Shown piece by piece: positions 14,192-27,620 of a stretch of 64,000 bases of DNA. The position numbers were made by a program, and so were the translations under genes. Source of the DNA: the human T2T-CHM13v2.0 reference genome, Homo sapiens; NCBI RefSeq assembly GCF_009914755.1, contig NC_060927.1. The stretch is one strand, 5' to 3'. Numbering within the stretch: the stretch's first letter is position 1; each line of letters opens with the position of its first letter. The notes below the pieces were generated by a model that worked only from the letters and a program-made list of their open reading frames with translations, was not told the origin of the DNA and did not search any database.

Positions 14192-14542
14192 CAGTGTTGC
14201 TCATTTGAGAACCAGCTGAGGTTTAGGGGACTCCTAAGAAACCCTAAGATCTTTTCAGGCAGTCTATGAGTTCAAAACTGTTTTTATAATAATAGAAACA
14301 CTTAGTATTACATAATCTTGTCATTCTCATTCTCTCACAATGTATAGTAGGATACATCTCAGAGACTACACTACATGTGATGACATCATTGCTTAATGGC
14401 TAATGGAATGTGTGTTTTTATATTTTTGGGTTTTAAACATTTTGGGGTTTTAACTATTGCTGTGGCAAGCATCTGAAGAGATAACTCACCCAAATAAAAG
14501 CGTAGAAATGAGTCCTAAGATAGGGAAGTTTGAGAATTGCTA
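14192..14542 (+). mobile_element. hAT-Charlie family non-autonomous DNA transposon (MER119/Chap1-like)
   Basis: Ends 'cagtgttgctca' and 'tttgagaattgcta' resemble Charlie terminal inverted repeats; internal 'tcaaaactgtttttataataata', 'atggctaatggaatgtgtg'. Confidence 0.6.
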
Positions 14543-15099
14543 GCATGGTTAAATAAATACTGAACCACTCTCAAGATTGGGCCTGGAACCTCTCCTTCCC
14601 AGAAGTATAGAAAGCAGCTTTGTTTCAAGCTTTGAGAATTACTTCCTAAACACAGAAAAATATTTGCATGAGAAGATCATATGGTTGAAAAGCAGAATAT
14701 AGCCAAGTGTCACTACAGACCTGTATAACAAACACATATAAAAATGAAAAAAGTCTAAATGATCTGTTTTTCTATTCAATAATGTAACATTACCCTAATG
14801 CATTCCAATTTAGGCTTCATCCTTATTTCAGTCTGCTGACGACAAACCATGCCTACTTAAAGGAAGTCTCAGCGACAGCTCTCCCGTTCAGAGGAATAAA
14901 TAGACTACTACAACTGTAAGGAAAATATACTAATTATCATAGTGCTGCCCTCAAACATAAAAGCACAACAACAGACAAAAATTCTTAACTATAGATTACA
15001 TTAAAGAAAATCTTTACTATGAACATTGACAACAATTGGTCCAGTGACAAAACTGGATCTATAGATCTGAGGACAAAACCGCAATACTATGTAATCAAT

Positions 15100-15850
15100 A
15101 GAATAGAATCTAGAGCATCTTCTGTTTAGAAAATTTTATGAACTTCTCTAAAAGGGAGGGAATCAGAGAAGACGAAGTTATTGTAAATTAAAATGTAATT
15201 CCTATAAGTAAAACTTCAATAGAATGTCTGGAAAAGAGGACACACATATAAGTGACCAGTAATTTAAAATTCAAAATTTCTCCCAGAAGGTTCAGCAACA
15301 AGTAAAAGATATAAAAATGTAATAGAGCAGTTCAGAGATACAGAGCACAAAGCTGAATATTCTAACATCCATATAATAGGAGTTCTAACAGGACAAAGTA
15401 AAGAGAATTTAGGGCAATAAATAAATGAAAATATCCCTGACTTGAACTAGTCTTCACATTTAGATGGCCCACCAAATGCCAAAGAAGGAAATCATTTTTA
15501 AAAATACATATCTAGACACAAATGTATATTTCACAAAGAATAAAAACCTTACTTCCAGATCCATCAGAATAAAATTGACCTAAGATATCTCATCAATAAC
15601 ATTTGATGCCAATTAAATGACAAAATAAGGAATTTTTTTATCCATCAGAATAAAATTGACCTAAGATATCTCATCAATAACATTTGATGCCAATTAAATG
15701 ACAAAATAAGGAATTTTTTTCCTTCAAAATGTTAACTATCGTGGATCCTATAATTATATGTGACAAAAACGCTCAATTGTGACAGTAAAATAAAAATATT
15801 TTTACATATAGAAGAACCCCCAAAGCCTATTTTATTCATAGTCTTCCTAA
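15100..15850 (+). mobile_element. Ancient L1M/HAL1 ORF1-like fragment
   Basis: 'tctaacatccatataataggagtt', 'gaaaatatccctgacttgaa', 'atctagacaca' are ORF1-type motifs; heavily decayed. Confidence 0.5.
15559..15720 (+). repeat. Perfect 81-bp tandem duplication
   Basis: 15559-15639 is identical to 15640-15720 by eye. Confidence 0.97.
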
Positions 15851-16262
15851 AAAAAACTTCAATTTCCTTATCTGTAAAATGAGTCTTTAAGAGTCTTAAT
15901 TTCTTAATAAAATCCTAGATGATTTCAAACAGGCCATTTCTGCCTGACATTTTGCTAACACAACTAACAAAAAACTATCAGCTACAAAAACAAAAGTAAC
16001 CCAATGAAATGTACAAGAAAAAGTAAAAGATTATTATCTGAATCTAAAAGATATTATCTAAATCTAATCAAGGAATGGAATTGACAAATGTGTGTTAGAT
16101 CCAGGCAGCAGGCCAAAGAATCTACAGGTCCAAATGGTGAGAACTCTTAGATTCTGTGAACTGACATGGTCCCATACAGTTTCACTGCATAATTGATAAG
16201 ACCTATGCCTCAAATCTTATATTCCATCTTCCAGGGCAGATATGGGAAGCAAGCAAACCTAC

Positions 16263-16630
16263 ATCTATCACTCAGGAGAGGCTGTGATATGCTAAAACAA
16301 GCCCACATCCTCAGTGGCTAAGAAAAACATTAATATTTCACTTGTGGTAAATGCCTATCATAGATTTAGCTGGGGATTCTACTCTGCCATTCACCCAAGG
16401 GCCCAGGGGAAACAGATGCAATCTCTCGGCTTGGGTACTTGCTGAAATCAGAAGAAATACACGTGGTAAACTATGCCCAGGGTCAATGCTGTCAGCCAAA
16501 AGTGTACAAAGAACATGTTTTCATCCATGTTTTATTCATTGAAGCACAACTAACTTCTGGGGTAGTAAATTATAATCCTGCATCAAACAAAAGTATCACA
16601 ATATTTGATAGCATTTATGACTATCATATT
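16263..16630 (-). mobile_element. MLT1K-like LTR
   Basis: 'tcagtggctaagaaaaaca..atttc' antisense MLT1 3' end; 'cattcacccaagggcccagg'. Confidence 0.55.
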
Positions 16631-17898
16631 TTGTGAGAATTATGACCTAATTTTATCTTATCACAACATTATTTTTGACAAATAATGGAGAAATTTATTT
16701 CTATAAAAAAGCAGTTATTAATGTACTTACACACACAGGTTTGGGCCTGGATTCTTCTCCACTGTCAAAGACAATGTAGCCTTTATGTCTCCTTGAGTAA
16801 TTATAGGCAAATCACTCTATCTCTAACAACTTTCATTTCCTCAGGTATACAGTGAATTTCTAAGATCCTCAATTTTCATACTAATAAAATCTTAAATGTT
16901 CTTAAAGTGATTTTCTCTTCTTTATTGACATTTTCTTTTACTTTACAGACAAGAAAATAAGAAATTTTATGCACAGAAAAGATATGTGAGTTAAAGACCA
17001 TCATAGTATATTTAGTGATCAACTTGAAATTGATTGTATCATTTATGAATCTAACATTTCATGTATTTTATGTCAAACAGACATACGCACATACACACAC
17101 ACACAGCAAATTTCTCAAAACAAAAGCAAAATATAGCAATAATAACCACAGCCACAAAACAGAATCTGTTTTAAGAAGCCCAAATTATCTATTTTCTTTT
17201 TCAAATCTCCATTTACCTATCACCTGCCAAGTTTATAACGGTTAATTATGGTTATAGAATTTTTAAAATATGAAATAAATGTAAAAGTGCCCTGAAAAAA
17301 TATGTCACATCATAGTCAAGACAGTATCTAAGATGTATTGCATAAAAGATTTGTCAGTAAAATGCTCTTTAATCTCTACAGGATTCTCTGCACTTGAAAG
17401 ACCAGATGTTCATTGTATTTGATGAGCTACAGAACCACTGCCTGTATTGAAAACAACGACTAAGAATGAAGTGACATTGACGTGTGGCAAAAGCAGTCCC
17501 ACTTTACAGTAAATTGATGTTCAGCTGTTTTAACCCCCAGTGAGTATTCTGTGAATCTTACAAATAGTTTTTATAACAAAAAAATTCATTTTGCTTCATT
17601 TTAAATTATGGGTTTCCTTAAGTCATTTTCCCGCAAGATGAGAGACAGTATCTTATAATGTATGCAACATAGATTTTTATTTTCAATGATACAAGTAATA
17701 CATAATAATTGTATTTTCCTCATAAAAATACAAGATTTGTAATGATAAATTAGTTAAAAAGTAAAATTGTCTTTCATATTTCCCTTTTCCTCAAGGATTC
17801 AGTTACTCTTTTCAGTTTTCCACATATCTTCATAGGCAATTATGTATGTTTATATGCCCATCTGTACATAAAGTTAAAGTGTGTGAGTGTAAATATGT

Positions 17899-18230
17899 TG
17901 TATTAGTCCATTCTCACACTGCTATAGAGAAATACCCGAGACTGGGTAATTTATACAGGAGAGAGGTTTAATTGACTCACAGTTCTGCATGGCTGGGGAG
18001 GCCTCAGGAAACTTACAATCATGGTGGAAGGGGAAGCAGAAGGCACTTACAAAACCATCAGATCTCGAGAGAACTCACTCACTAACAAGAGATCAGCATG
18101 GGGGAAAACTGGCGCCATGATCCAATCACCTCCTTCTCTCAACACGTGGGTATTGCAGGTCGTTCCTTCGACACGTGGGGATTACAATTCAAGAGGAAAT
18201 TTAGGTGGGAACACAGAGCCAAACCTATCA
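17899..18230 (-). mobile_element. THE1D/MSTA-like solo LTR
   Basis: tgtattagtccattctc...gccaaacctatca; 5-bp TSD tatgt at 17894-17898 and 18231-18235. Confidence 0.92.
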
Positions 18231-19921
18231 TATGTGTATGTCTATGTGTGCATATGTGTGTAGTTTAGGATATAAATGGAGTTATAATGTGTCTACTTCT
18301 GTGCATATAGCATTATTTCTCAGACATGAAGATCTCTGATCTCTTGAAAGTTCAACACTAAGCTAATATAAAACCATTATTCTCTAACATGACAAGATCA
18401 GTTCTTAAAATATGAAAATAATTTCATAATTTTAAAGTAAGTAGCATTTAGCCTAACCCTCCCACTTTCCCCAGCCAACTCAGCCCCTCCTTCAGGAGCT
18501 CCAAGACCCAGCAACCAAAAGATCAACACTTGGCATAATAGGCCTCAGAAACTGCTCCAGCACCCTGGGCAGCCAGCAACTCTTCTGAATGACCAAGGCA
18601 GTTGTTAAATATTGGAAATGTAGCCCTAGATGTATCAAAATAGAATTTGTCATTTCACTGTTGGTAGCTCTTTCTCCAGTTCTCTTATACTACTTCATTT
18701 TGTAACACTTTTCACCTTTTGACAAACCATAAAATTTAATTATAATTACATTAACTTAGTGAGGGCGGGGATTTTTTGTTTTGTTTATTTACTGCTATAT
18801 TCCAAGCGCCAGGATATGGTAAGTTTGATTACATTTCATTGAATTAATAGCCTCATGGGCTTACCAACATTGAAAATCTTTATAATTTTGCTAATAAAAT
18901 AAAGAAAACATATGGTGTTGTTTTGTCAGTTCACATTTAGCATATTACAACTGAATCGAACATCATAATTTTTTAAAAGTTGTTGTTTTATATATACAAT
19001 TATTCTATAGATACATATTTTTCAATTTTTTATAGTTAAATGGATTGTTTTCTCTTATATTTATTTTCGATAAATTCATTTAAATCCTTTTGCTTTGCTG
19101 ATGGCTATTTTGTAGCTAAAACAGGTTATCACTTATTGTTTCCATTCAAGATTAATCTGCATATTTAATTTAATTCCTTCATAAATCCAGGGTACACTTT
19201 ATAAAATGCTGCTATTTAAAATTTTTGCTTCATTTCTGTTAATTACCAGTTTTGTTTTGCCCCAGTAAGAAAAACGGGCTTGTATGATTTGTTTTATTTT
19301 GGAAATTTATTTTTAATTTTAGTAAAATTGTATTAGGCCTAGTAGGTTTGTACTATGGTACTATACAACTCCAGGTTCTCAGAGACTTAGCATATAAAAA
19401 ATTCTTTTTCACCCTTTGTTTCACATGGGTTGATATAAGGACTCAGTTCCACACAATCATTCAGGGTCTTAAGCTTTTGACATCCCCAAGACATATAGTT
19501 GCAAGACAAGTAACATGCAACCTTCAGAAAACAGCAGAAAAAATCATTTCAATGGTTGGCCTGGCAGGAAGCTGCATACATTTCTTTCACACAGAAATAA
19601 TTGGCCTGAACTAGTCCTATGGCCATAACTCCCTGTAAAAGGGCTGGCAAATGTGAGTAAACATGGAATATGAGGTAAGTACATCTCTTTACTAATGTAT
19701 TATTCCGGTCCCACACACTCCTTTACTCCCTCTTTTTCTTTAATAAAACTTAAATCAAATTCTTCTTAAGGGAACAAAACCCAAACCCTGTCCATTCAAC
19801 GTTTGGGGTCGCTGGGTGATATGTGGTAGTCACTGCATCATTCTGAAAATGTTTCCTCTTCGTTCAGAGAAACAGGTAAAACAAGTTACTATCCCATCCC
19901 CCACACACCCCATCTTGGCCA

Positions 19922-19935
19922 TACACACACACACA

Positions 19936-19974
<39 letters not shown>
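19922..19974 (+). repeat. Interrupted (CA)n microsatellite
   Basis: About 25 CA units with one interruption. Confidence 0.95.
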
Positions 19975-19975
<1 letters not shown>

Positions 19976-20192
19976 TTTATACAATGGTAAAGCTAGGATT
20001 ACTCAATTGCAATACATTTTTCCTGGTGGAAAGACAAAGCATTTGATAGTAATATTTCCAAAATTGTACAAGTTAACATTGTGAGGGCCCTTATCCTGGA
20101 AATAAGGAATGTTTTCAAATTAGGCATTGATTTGGCTCTTAGCAGACTCCTTTGTTCATTTTTCACCACAGCTCTAGACTTTGTAGTCAAGG

Positions 20193-20578
20193 TGTTGTGG
20201 AATGAATGTGCCACCCTGCAAATTCAAATGCTGAAGACCTAAACTCCAGTGTGGCTGTTTTGGAGATGGCAACTCTAAGAAAAATAATTCGCATAAGGTC
20301 ATAAACATGGAGCCCTAATTCAAAAGGATTAATGTCCTTCTAAGAAGAGACACCAGAGAGATAAGTCTCGCTTTCTCTCCCAGTGACCACACACTGAGGA
20401 AGATCCATATGAGGACATAGCAAGAAGGCAGCCTTCTACTGGCCAGAAAAGAGGCCTTATAAGAAAATAACTTGGCGGGCAGCTTGACCTGGGATTTCCA
20501 GCCTCCAGAACTGTGTGATTTGTTTAAGCCACTCCACGTATGGTATTTTTGTCCTGGCAGCCAGGGCAAACTGATACA
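20193..20578 (+). mobile_element. MLT1A-family solo LTR
   Basis: tgttgtggaatgaatgtg..aaattcaaatgctgaag..ccagcctccagaactgtg..aaactgataca. Confidence 0.85.
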
Positions 20579-20714
20579 GAGGCATTTCCTTTGGTGTCAT
20601 CCTTAGTGGTTGCTGAGAAATATGGCCAGCTTTCAGGATCCCCTTCCTATTTACAGCAGGTTGGGGATTCAAGGGCTACTTGCTTTCAAATAGTCATGGC
20701 CTTTTGAAACTTGA

Positions 20715-21048
20715 TCTCATAGTTTCTTTAGTTGCACTGCAGTCTATATTCATCTGTTCAAATCTAGTCAGTTCCATGTGCCAGTTATTTTTGAAAAATA
20801 ATATCTAGATCTGCTACATTGCTTTTTAAAATTTTTTAAATTTTTTAATTTTTTTACAAAGTATCTTTTTCTCAGAGTGCTCTGGAAAGCCTACACCTTT
20901 AATATAATTTGTATCCTGAACTTTTAATGCACTGACAGGTAGAATTAGTTGACCTACCATTAGATTGACTTATTTCCTCTGTAAGAAGTTTTATCAGGTG
21001 AGAAATTTTGGTAATAGAAAAGGTGGCCACATCCTTAATCTGATCTTT
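20715..21048 (+). repeat. Copy 2 (likely inserted) of the 335-bp dispersed duplication
   Basis: Matches 1114-1449; flanked by tgatct at both junctions. Confidence 0.95.
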
Positions 21049-21629
21049 GCTTCAACGCTGATTTTCAAAGGACTTAGTTGCTCATATGTTTTCTTAATTA
21101 TATCTCTTGCATGAGTTTGAGCTGACTGCTTCAACTTTAAAGACCCTGAATTTATCGAATTTCTATATTACATATATTTTGGCTTGAAACCAGTCTATTT
21201 TCTGAGCTCATCATTTTCATGTAATACCTGGTCAAATCCAGTCAATCATGACCAATAGTATTACAATTCAATTTCCCAATATCTTCTCTAGGAGCTAAAA
21301 GTGCATTAAGTATGTGATCTAATTTCCAAGTTAAGTCTGATGAGAGTTTTACTAAATATGTTACCATTGAGTGACATGTGATATTATTTTTCCCTTCCCA
21401 GGAATCAGTTTCTTAACTTACCACCACCTGATCCTTAAAATAATGTCATCTCTTTTAGGCTTCTGTGATGGCAGCCTCACTTCCAATGACAATACCACTA
21501 TCCCTGTTAGTCAAAATAGAACAGGACATATTATGCTATGATAATAACACTAAAATATCATTGGCTTAAAACAACATATGTATTTCTAGTTCCAATGTCA
21601 TGTATAATATGAACTGGCGGGGGTTTCTG

Positions 21630-22310
21630 CTCTATCAAGAAGTGGGATCTATTTCTTCACTCTTTGAATTTGAGCTTGGTCCAATTTACCAATATGATAG
21701 TAGGAAATGTGATACAAACAGAGACTTGAAAACACTAGTACATTGAGTTTTGCCCTTGTTTGCTATAACAAAACAATGAAAGAAACAGATGAATAAGCCC
21801 ATGATATTCTACTCGATAAAAGCTAAGGCTCCCGATGTCATAATTTAATAACTTCCCAAGATGTGAGGAAGGCCATCTTATATCATCTCATCAGCTTCCC
21901 AGCTGTCTATAGACAAAAAAGAGAGTGCAACAGAAATTATTTGAGGCCCCTCAGAGCAGAACTACTAAAAAACTTATGAAGTGGGTAAAATAATTAGATT
22001 TTGAAGCCAAGAACTTTACTAAGTCAGATTTTTTTCTCAGTTTTTAGGCTCTAGGTTTATTTAATATAGAAAAATCTAGTGGAGACATGAACTGTTACCT
22101 AGAAATGGGGGGCTGCTATAAGAAAAACTTAAAACATGTCACATTAGTCTTAGGTCTGAGAGTTGAAGTCTGGAAAAGCAGCCAGGAAACACATGATGGA
22201 GCTTAGAAAAGTGGCAAAGATACTACTACATCACTGTGGAAAATGCCAACCTGATGGAAAAATTGTTAAAACTGCTGCTTGTGGTAATGTAGAATATAGA
22301 AACGTACCCA
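21630..22310 (+). mobile_element. MLT1 LTR fragment plus start of internal sequence
   Basis: 'tctctttgaatttgagcttgg', 'gatgtgaggaaggccatctta', then 'actgttacctagaaatggggggctgctataa'. Confidence 0.55.
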
Positions 22311-22311
22311 A

Positions 22312-22603
22312 GACCAGGCACAGTGTCTCACACCTGTCATCTCAGCACTTTGGGAGGCTGAGGCATGTGGATCATTTGAAGTCAGGAGTTTGAGACCAGC
22401 CTGACCAACATGGTGAAACCCCATCTCTACTAAAATACAAATATTAGCCGAGTGTGGTGGCAGGTGCCTGTAATTTCAGCTACTTGGGAGGCTGAAGCAG
22501 GAGAATCACTTGAACCGGGAGGCAGAGGTTGCAGTGAGCAGAGAACGTGCCACTGCTGCACTCCAGCCTGGGCCACAGAGAGAAAGACTCCCTCTCAAAA
22601 AAA
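22312..22603 (+). mobile_element. AluS (Sx/Sz-like)
   Basis: Dimeric Alu with a short A tail; degenerate TSD aaacgtacccaa / aaatgtaccccaa. Confidence 0.95.
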
Positions 22604-24264
22604 TGTACCCCAAAAACTTGTAAGCTTGGCCAAAAAGATTTCTAGATATTGAATACAGTAAATTCACAAATATTTATAATGTTGAATCAATAATATTACC
22701 CTTTTTCTCTGACACTCCTATTCCCCTCTAGATATAGCCTCTACCCTTCTTTGCAGGAGACTCAACAGTGTGGGCTACATTAGTAGGGTATATTACACCC
22801 TGACTTGTATTAAGTTCAAAAATTTAGGAGCACTGGATGAGAGGGCAGGGAAATTCTTATATTTAATACCATGGCTCCTTTCCTGTGAAGACACAGGTTG
22901 ATAGAGATTGAGTTCTACTACTAAAGGTCCTAATTCCTATCCCACTTACAGTTACGGCTCTCTCTCCAGTTTCTTTCTCCTGGTTTCTTCTTTTAAGACC
23001 TGGCTGGTAACAGCTTTCCACTGTTGTTAGACCAGGAGTGCTTTACACTACTTAATGGATTTCTTTTAAGTCTTCCTGGATTTTTTTAATAGCACCCTGA
23101 GTTACACATCAATTGAAAGATTATTATCATTAATATTATTATAACTAAGATAACTAGTTAGAAAGCCCTTAAAATTATAGATTACTTTTACAGGTCTTAA
23201 TTTGTAAGGCTTCTTTGTATTTAATATGATAAAGACAGATTTATGCTGAGTACTATCTACTTTTCTTGTAGCTAAAGAGAAAGAGGAACTATTTTCTATC
23301 CACATGACAATGACTTTTTTAGAAAACTGTTAGAACAACCTGCAATTCTTTAATGCCTAATACTTGAATTTTACTACTTAGTACAGAGGGGGAAAAAAGG
23401 CTAGGGGGTGGCCTGAGAAACCTAAAACAAATTATACAAAAAATAAAGACAGAATAGGATTATTAACAAATGGAGCATGGGGCATGACCTCCTATCAATT
23501 TATGTATCATTTGTACAAGTTTCAAAATACAATTTAATATAATGTTTAAGAAAACATTTATTTGTGTTATAACAGTAGGAAAAAAATCAGATTAGTTACC
23601 CCTATAGGAAGGCAGGGGATGACTTGGAAGTGTCATATGTTTATAAATATAAATGTAATAAACTGTGGCATGTATAAATAAGAAAAAAAATAGATGAATG
23701 TAATCACGTACTGCAGAGGAATACTGGAAATGATTAAGTATTACTTTACATCAATTTTACAATTTATTTTGAACACATTGAAATGAAAAGTTAGTTGGAA
23801 TTTACATGAAATAAGTCATTTTAAAGGAAATTTAGGTAAAAATCCATTGCTTAAGTGGTAAAATTATAATCACATATAAATAACGATAATGCTTCACTGT
23901 AAAGAAACATCAAAACAGAATTTTCTAAGTAGGCTTGAAAAGCATATATAAATAATGAAAAATGTCACAAATATTATCTAGAAAAAAAATAGTAAAAGGG
24001 AGACTATGTATCAGACGATGCCAACAAATCTTTTTCCTCTTTTATGTGTGGGCCAACAAAATATTCTCTAAACTGGCAATTATGAGAATCTCAGCAAAGA
24101 TAATTAACATAAATACTAAATGCACCAGTCAACATACCATTTACTCGCTAAAATGCATTTACTCTGTTTTCTTACTAAATGTAAATATGTTTATTTAATA
24201 TAATATTTTCACTTTCTCTTCAATCTTAGAATACATTTTGGACTTATTGCAAATGTTATTTAGC

Positions 24265-25170
24265 TTTAAATATCATCTATAACCTGGATAATTCAAAATT
24301 TATACTCCTGTCACAGAAGTTTCTTGAACTTCAGATGTGCAAATCCAGTTGTCTACTTGAAATCTCTACTCAGATCCCTCACAGATATTAAACTCAACTA
24401 GTGCAAAGCTAACCTCTTGATCTGCCCAACTCCCAAGCCTATTGCATGCACAGTCATTAACATAACATTTGATGAAGAACTTATTCTTTCATTTGCTCAG
24501 ACTAAAAGTTTTGGAGGCATCTTTGATTTTCTTTCTCTCACATGCCACATCCAGTTCATCAGGAAATTCTGTTGCCTATTCCTTCAAAATGCATCCAGGA
24601 TCTGACCACTTCTTTCCCTATCCATTACCATAATCCTCATCCAAGACACCATGAATTCCAGCCTGGACCACTACAATATTCTCCCAACTCATTTTTATTT
24701 TCATCCCTGCTAAGCAGTATTTTTTAAACATGTATGCCAAATCACAATTTTGTTTCAAAACTCTGCAGTAGCTTCTCATTTTCCTGAGAATAAAAGCCAG
24801 AAATGTTTTTTGTTTCTCATTCTGTCCAATCCACAATGGTCATTTTTCTGCTTCTTGATCAGATTACATACACCCCCATCTTAGAACATTTACATTGGCT
24901 GAAAAGCTCTCTTCTCAGATATTTGCCTTACTAATTCCCTCACCTTTTCAAGTTTGCTCAAATGTCACCACCACATTGAGGACTATGTAGTCCAAATTAT
25001 GGCAAGGTCACTGCCTCCTTTCCACCTATTCTTGATCTTCCTTACACTATTCTATCTTTGTGTTTGTATTTATTTATATATTTAACTTTTTCAATGGTAG
25101 TTATATATATAGTGTCAGGCACATAATATATGTTAAAAATATTTGTTGAGTAAATAGATAAATGAAAAAA
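24265..25170 (+). mobile_element. L2 (L2a-like) 3' fragment
   Basis: 'aaactcaac..ctcagactaaaag..catctttga..ccttcaaaatgcatccaggatctgaccactt' and the terminal 'ggcacataa..aatatttgttgagtaaat'. Confidence 0.8.
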
Positions 25171-26599
25171 TGAACATTTATAACTAATGTATTCTAAAAT
25201 TAGGTAGGACGTAAATGCATAAAACACATAATTGGCAAACACGCTAATATAATTTCTATTTTCAGAGGATTAAGTCATTTGAAGCTCATCCATTTTAGTA
25301 CTACTTAAATTAGTATAATTGCATTTTAGCTTCCCTTTTTTCTCAGGTAAATGCCTTCCCACTTATATTTTAAATGTCATTTGATTTTCACAGTTCCTAC
25401 TAGTATATTTGCAAATAAAGGCAATTTAAATAAAAAAAATTACGATCATAAGATAAACCCATTTAATGAGATGGTTTACACAAATTATATACAATTTAAA
25501 TATAGATAAGATTTTGTATAAACTGACATCTTGCTATATGTCTCATATTTATGTTGTTTCTTGTTTGTTTATACTCCTCAACAGCTATTTTTTTAAGTTT
25601 ATATGAAAATATAATTTTGAGGTCTACATGATAGGTAAAATGATTTTATTACTACGTATATCACTGCCACAATGGAAACAAAACACTGAATACTACTTAG
25701 ATTAGAAAGATTTTATTTCATTTCATTAGATATAATGACAATTGTACTTTCATGCAGCATCGAAAGCAGTTTTGATTTTGTTTTCTCAGGATTTGCTTTG
25801 CCCTATTGAGTTTGGAAAGTTGGTACATTTAAAAGTTGTAAAATTAACTTTCCACATTCAACTAAAATGTAATATGATAATATTGTGGTTCTTCTTCTAG
25901 AAATTAGTAAAAGAACAAGTTACAGTACTGAGTACAAGATCTGATAACTAAACATAGCATCTCCACCCTGCTCACATAGCTGGAGAATTTTGAGATAAGA
26001 GGAAAGTAAATTTTACTTATAGATTAAGGTCACTGGAGACATAAATACTCTGAAGAGTCACATGAAACTAGGGAGAATGATAGTAAAAAAGAACAAATTT
26101 AAATGTGCAGATGTATCCAGAATCAGATTTTATCAGCATAATTTTGCATTCATTGCATCTTTGCTTTGAGCCAACAATAGAAAAGAATGAAATTTAAAAT
26201 TTTGAAAAATAAATATATACAAACATTACATTTTTTGCTCTTTTAGAGCACAAATTTTTATCTTTTTTTCCTGAATTTATTGAAATGTACCTTTATTTTT
26301 AATAAAAGGAGTTTAGAATGATAAGATTGTGGTGGATAATAATTAAAGTATCAATTTTAAGGAGCTATCATATGCATTCAGTTTTTGTCTTAAATTTACT
26401 TGAATTTCATCACTCGACAGCTGCAGAAAATTTTTCCAATAATTTCTAAATAATATAGTTTCATAGTGAGAAACTGTCATAGAAATATTGTATTTTATTC
26501 ATCAACTGGCAGTAAGGCACAGGCTATGATCAATACTGTTCTTATAATAAGTAAATTGGTAGTATTGGGGCTGAATGAGCATAAATGCATGATACTTTT

Positions 26600-27192
26600 C
26601 CTCATCCATCATAAGGATCACAGTCTACACTTCTTACAAGAGACAGATCAGCAGGAGAAAAGCATAACAAATTTGTTTAATCAAAATTTTAAACAACAAG
26701 GCAGTCTTCAGAAATGAAACCCTAAAGACACAGGAAAAACTGTTGTTTTGCTGGCATTAGATGAAAAATGTACAGCCATATAGAAATGCAAATGCACAAA
26801 ATTATAAACCAGTGGTAGACTGAAGGGGGAACCCAACAAAGTCTGTCTGTTTGTATTCTTCTTGGCCTCTTTGTGGAGCATTCCTTCCCCCTAGCATGGG
26901 GCAGGACTTCTCTGGAATGAGAGTTTTAAAGGGAGAAGGGAGGAGGGGAAGCAGTATTTTTCTAGATTTTATGGCTTCTTTTTTAAGGAGAGGAGTGCTA
27001 GTTTCTATGACCTGCCTTAGAAAAAAAGAATTCTGACTTCTATGACTTACTGTAGAGGAGAAACTGGGACAGGAGACGGAAGTACTAAAGCTCAGAGAGA
27101 TGTTACTTCTGAGACTCCTTCAATGTTCTTCAGCTCAAAGCACCTGCATGCCAAAGTGCCGTAATTTGGAATATCATGTTCTGAGCCCTAGC
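26600..27192 (-). mobile_element. ERV1 LTR (MER67/MER31-like)
   Basis: 'aaagcataacaaattt..cttcagaaatgaa' and the antisense LTR start 'gcatgccaaagtgcc..gttctgagccc'. Confidence 0.65.
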
Positions 27193-27193
27193 T

Positions 27194-27620
27194 GGTGTCA
27201 GAACACATCATCCCAAAATATGACTGTAGAAAACCAGAATATAGCACCACAAAATATAATTCTTTGGCATATTTTGAGCAGGTTATATTAAGAAATCGCA
27301 GCCACAGGAGTACCTCTAAAAACCTTTTTGTAAAGGAAATTTATATCTATGAAGCAAATTTTCATTAGTAAAAGGGATCTGTATCAGAAAGAGAGCTGCT
27401 CACAGACAACTTTTATCTTCTGAAATACTTTTATCTGCATAACAAGGCAACCTTTATTCACCATATATTTCTGCCCTTCATCCTTCCATAATTTGTCTCC
27501 ACCAGGACCCCTAATCTCTTATTCCTTTATGTAACTCAATATGTTATATAAGCTTCAATCATCTGGTCCTTCTTTGAGTTTCACATTTTTGTACGACTCT
27601 CATGTGTGAGCATGTAATTA
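27194..27620 (+). mobile_element. MER34-like LTR, 3'-truncated
   Basis: 'tcagaacac..cccaaaatatgactgtag..accagaatat..ctttggcatattttgagc'. Confidence 0.7.

Larger units (their letters stand above)
19330..21495 (-). mobile_element. MLT1 LTR plus MLT1 internal region (antisense), interrupted by an MLT1A LTR and the duplicated segment
   Basis: LTR-like 19330-19700; 'ttttaggcttctgtgatggcagcctcacttccaatgacaat' resembles the antisense start of MLT1-int. Confidence 0.55.

Noticed and set aside
17365-17545. Possible cryptic exon (ctctttaatctctacag ... ccag/tgagt)
   Set aside because: Splice-like motifs alone are common, with no ORF or transcript evidence available.
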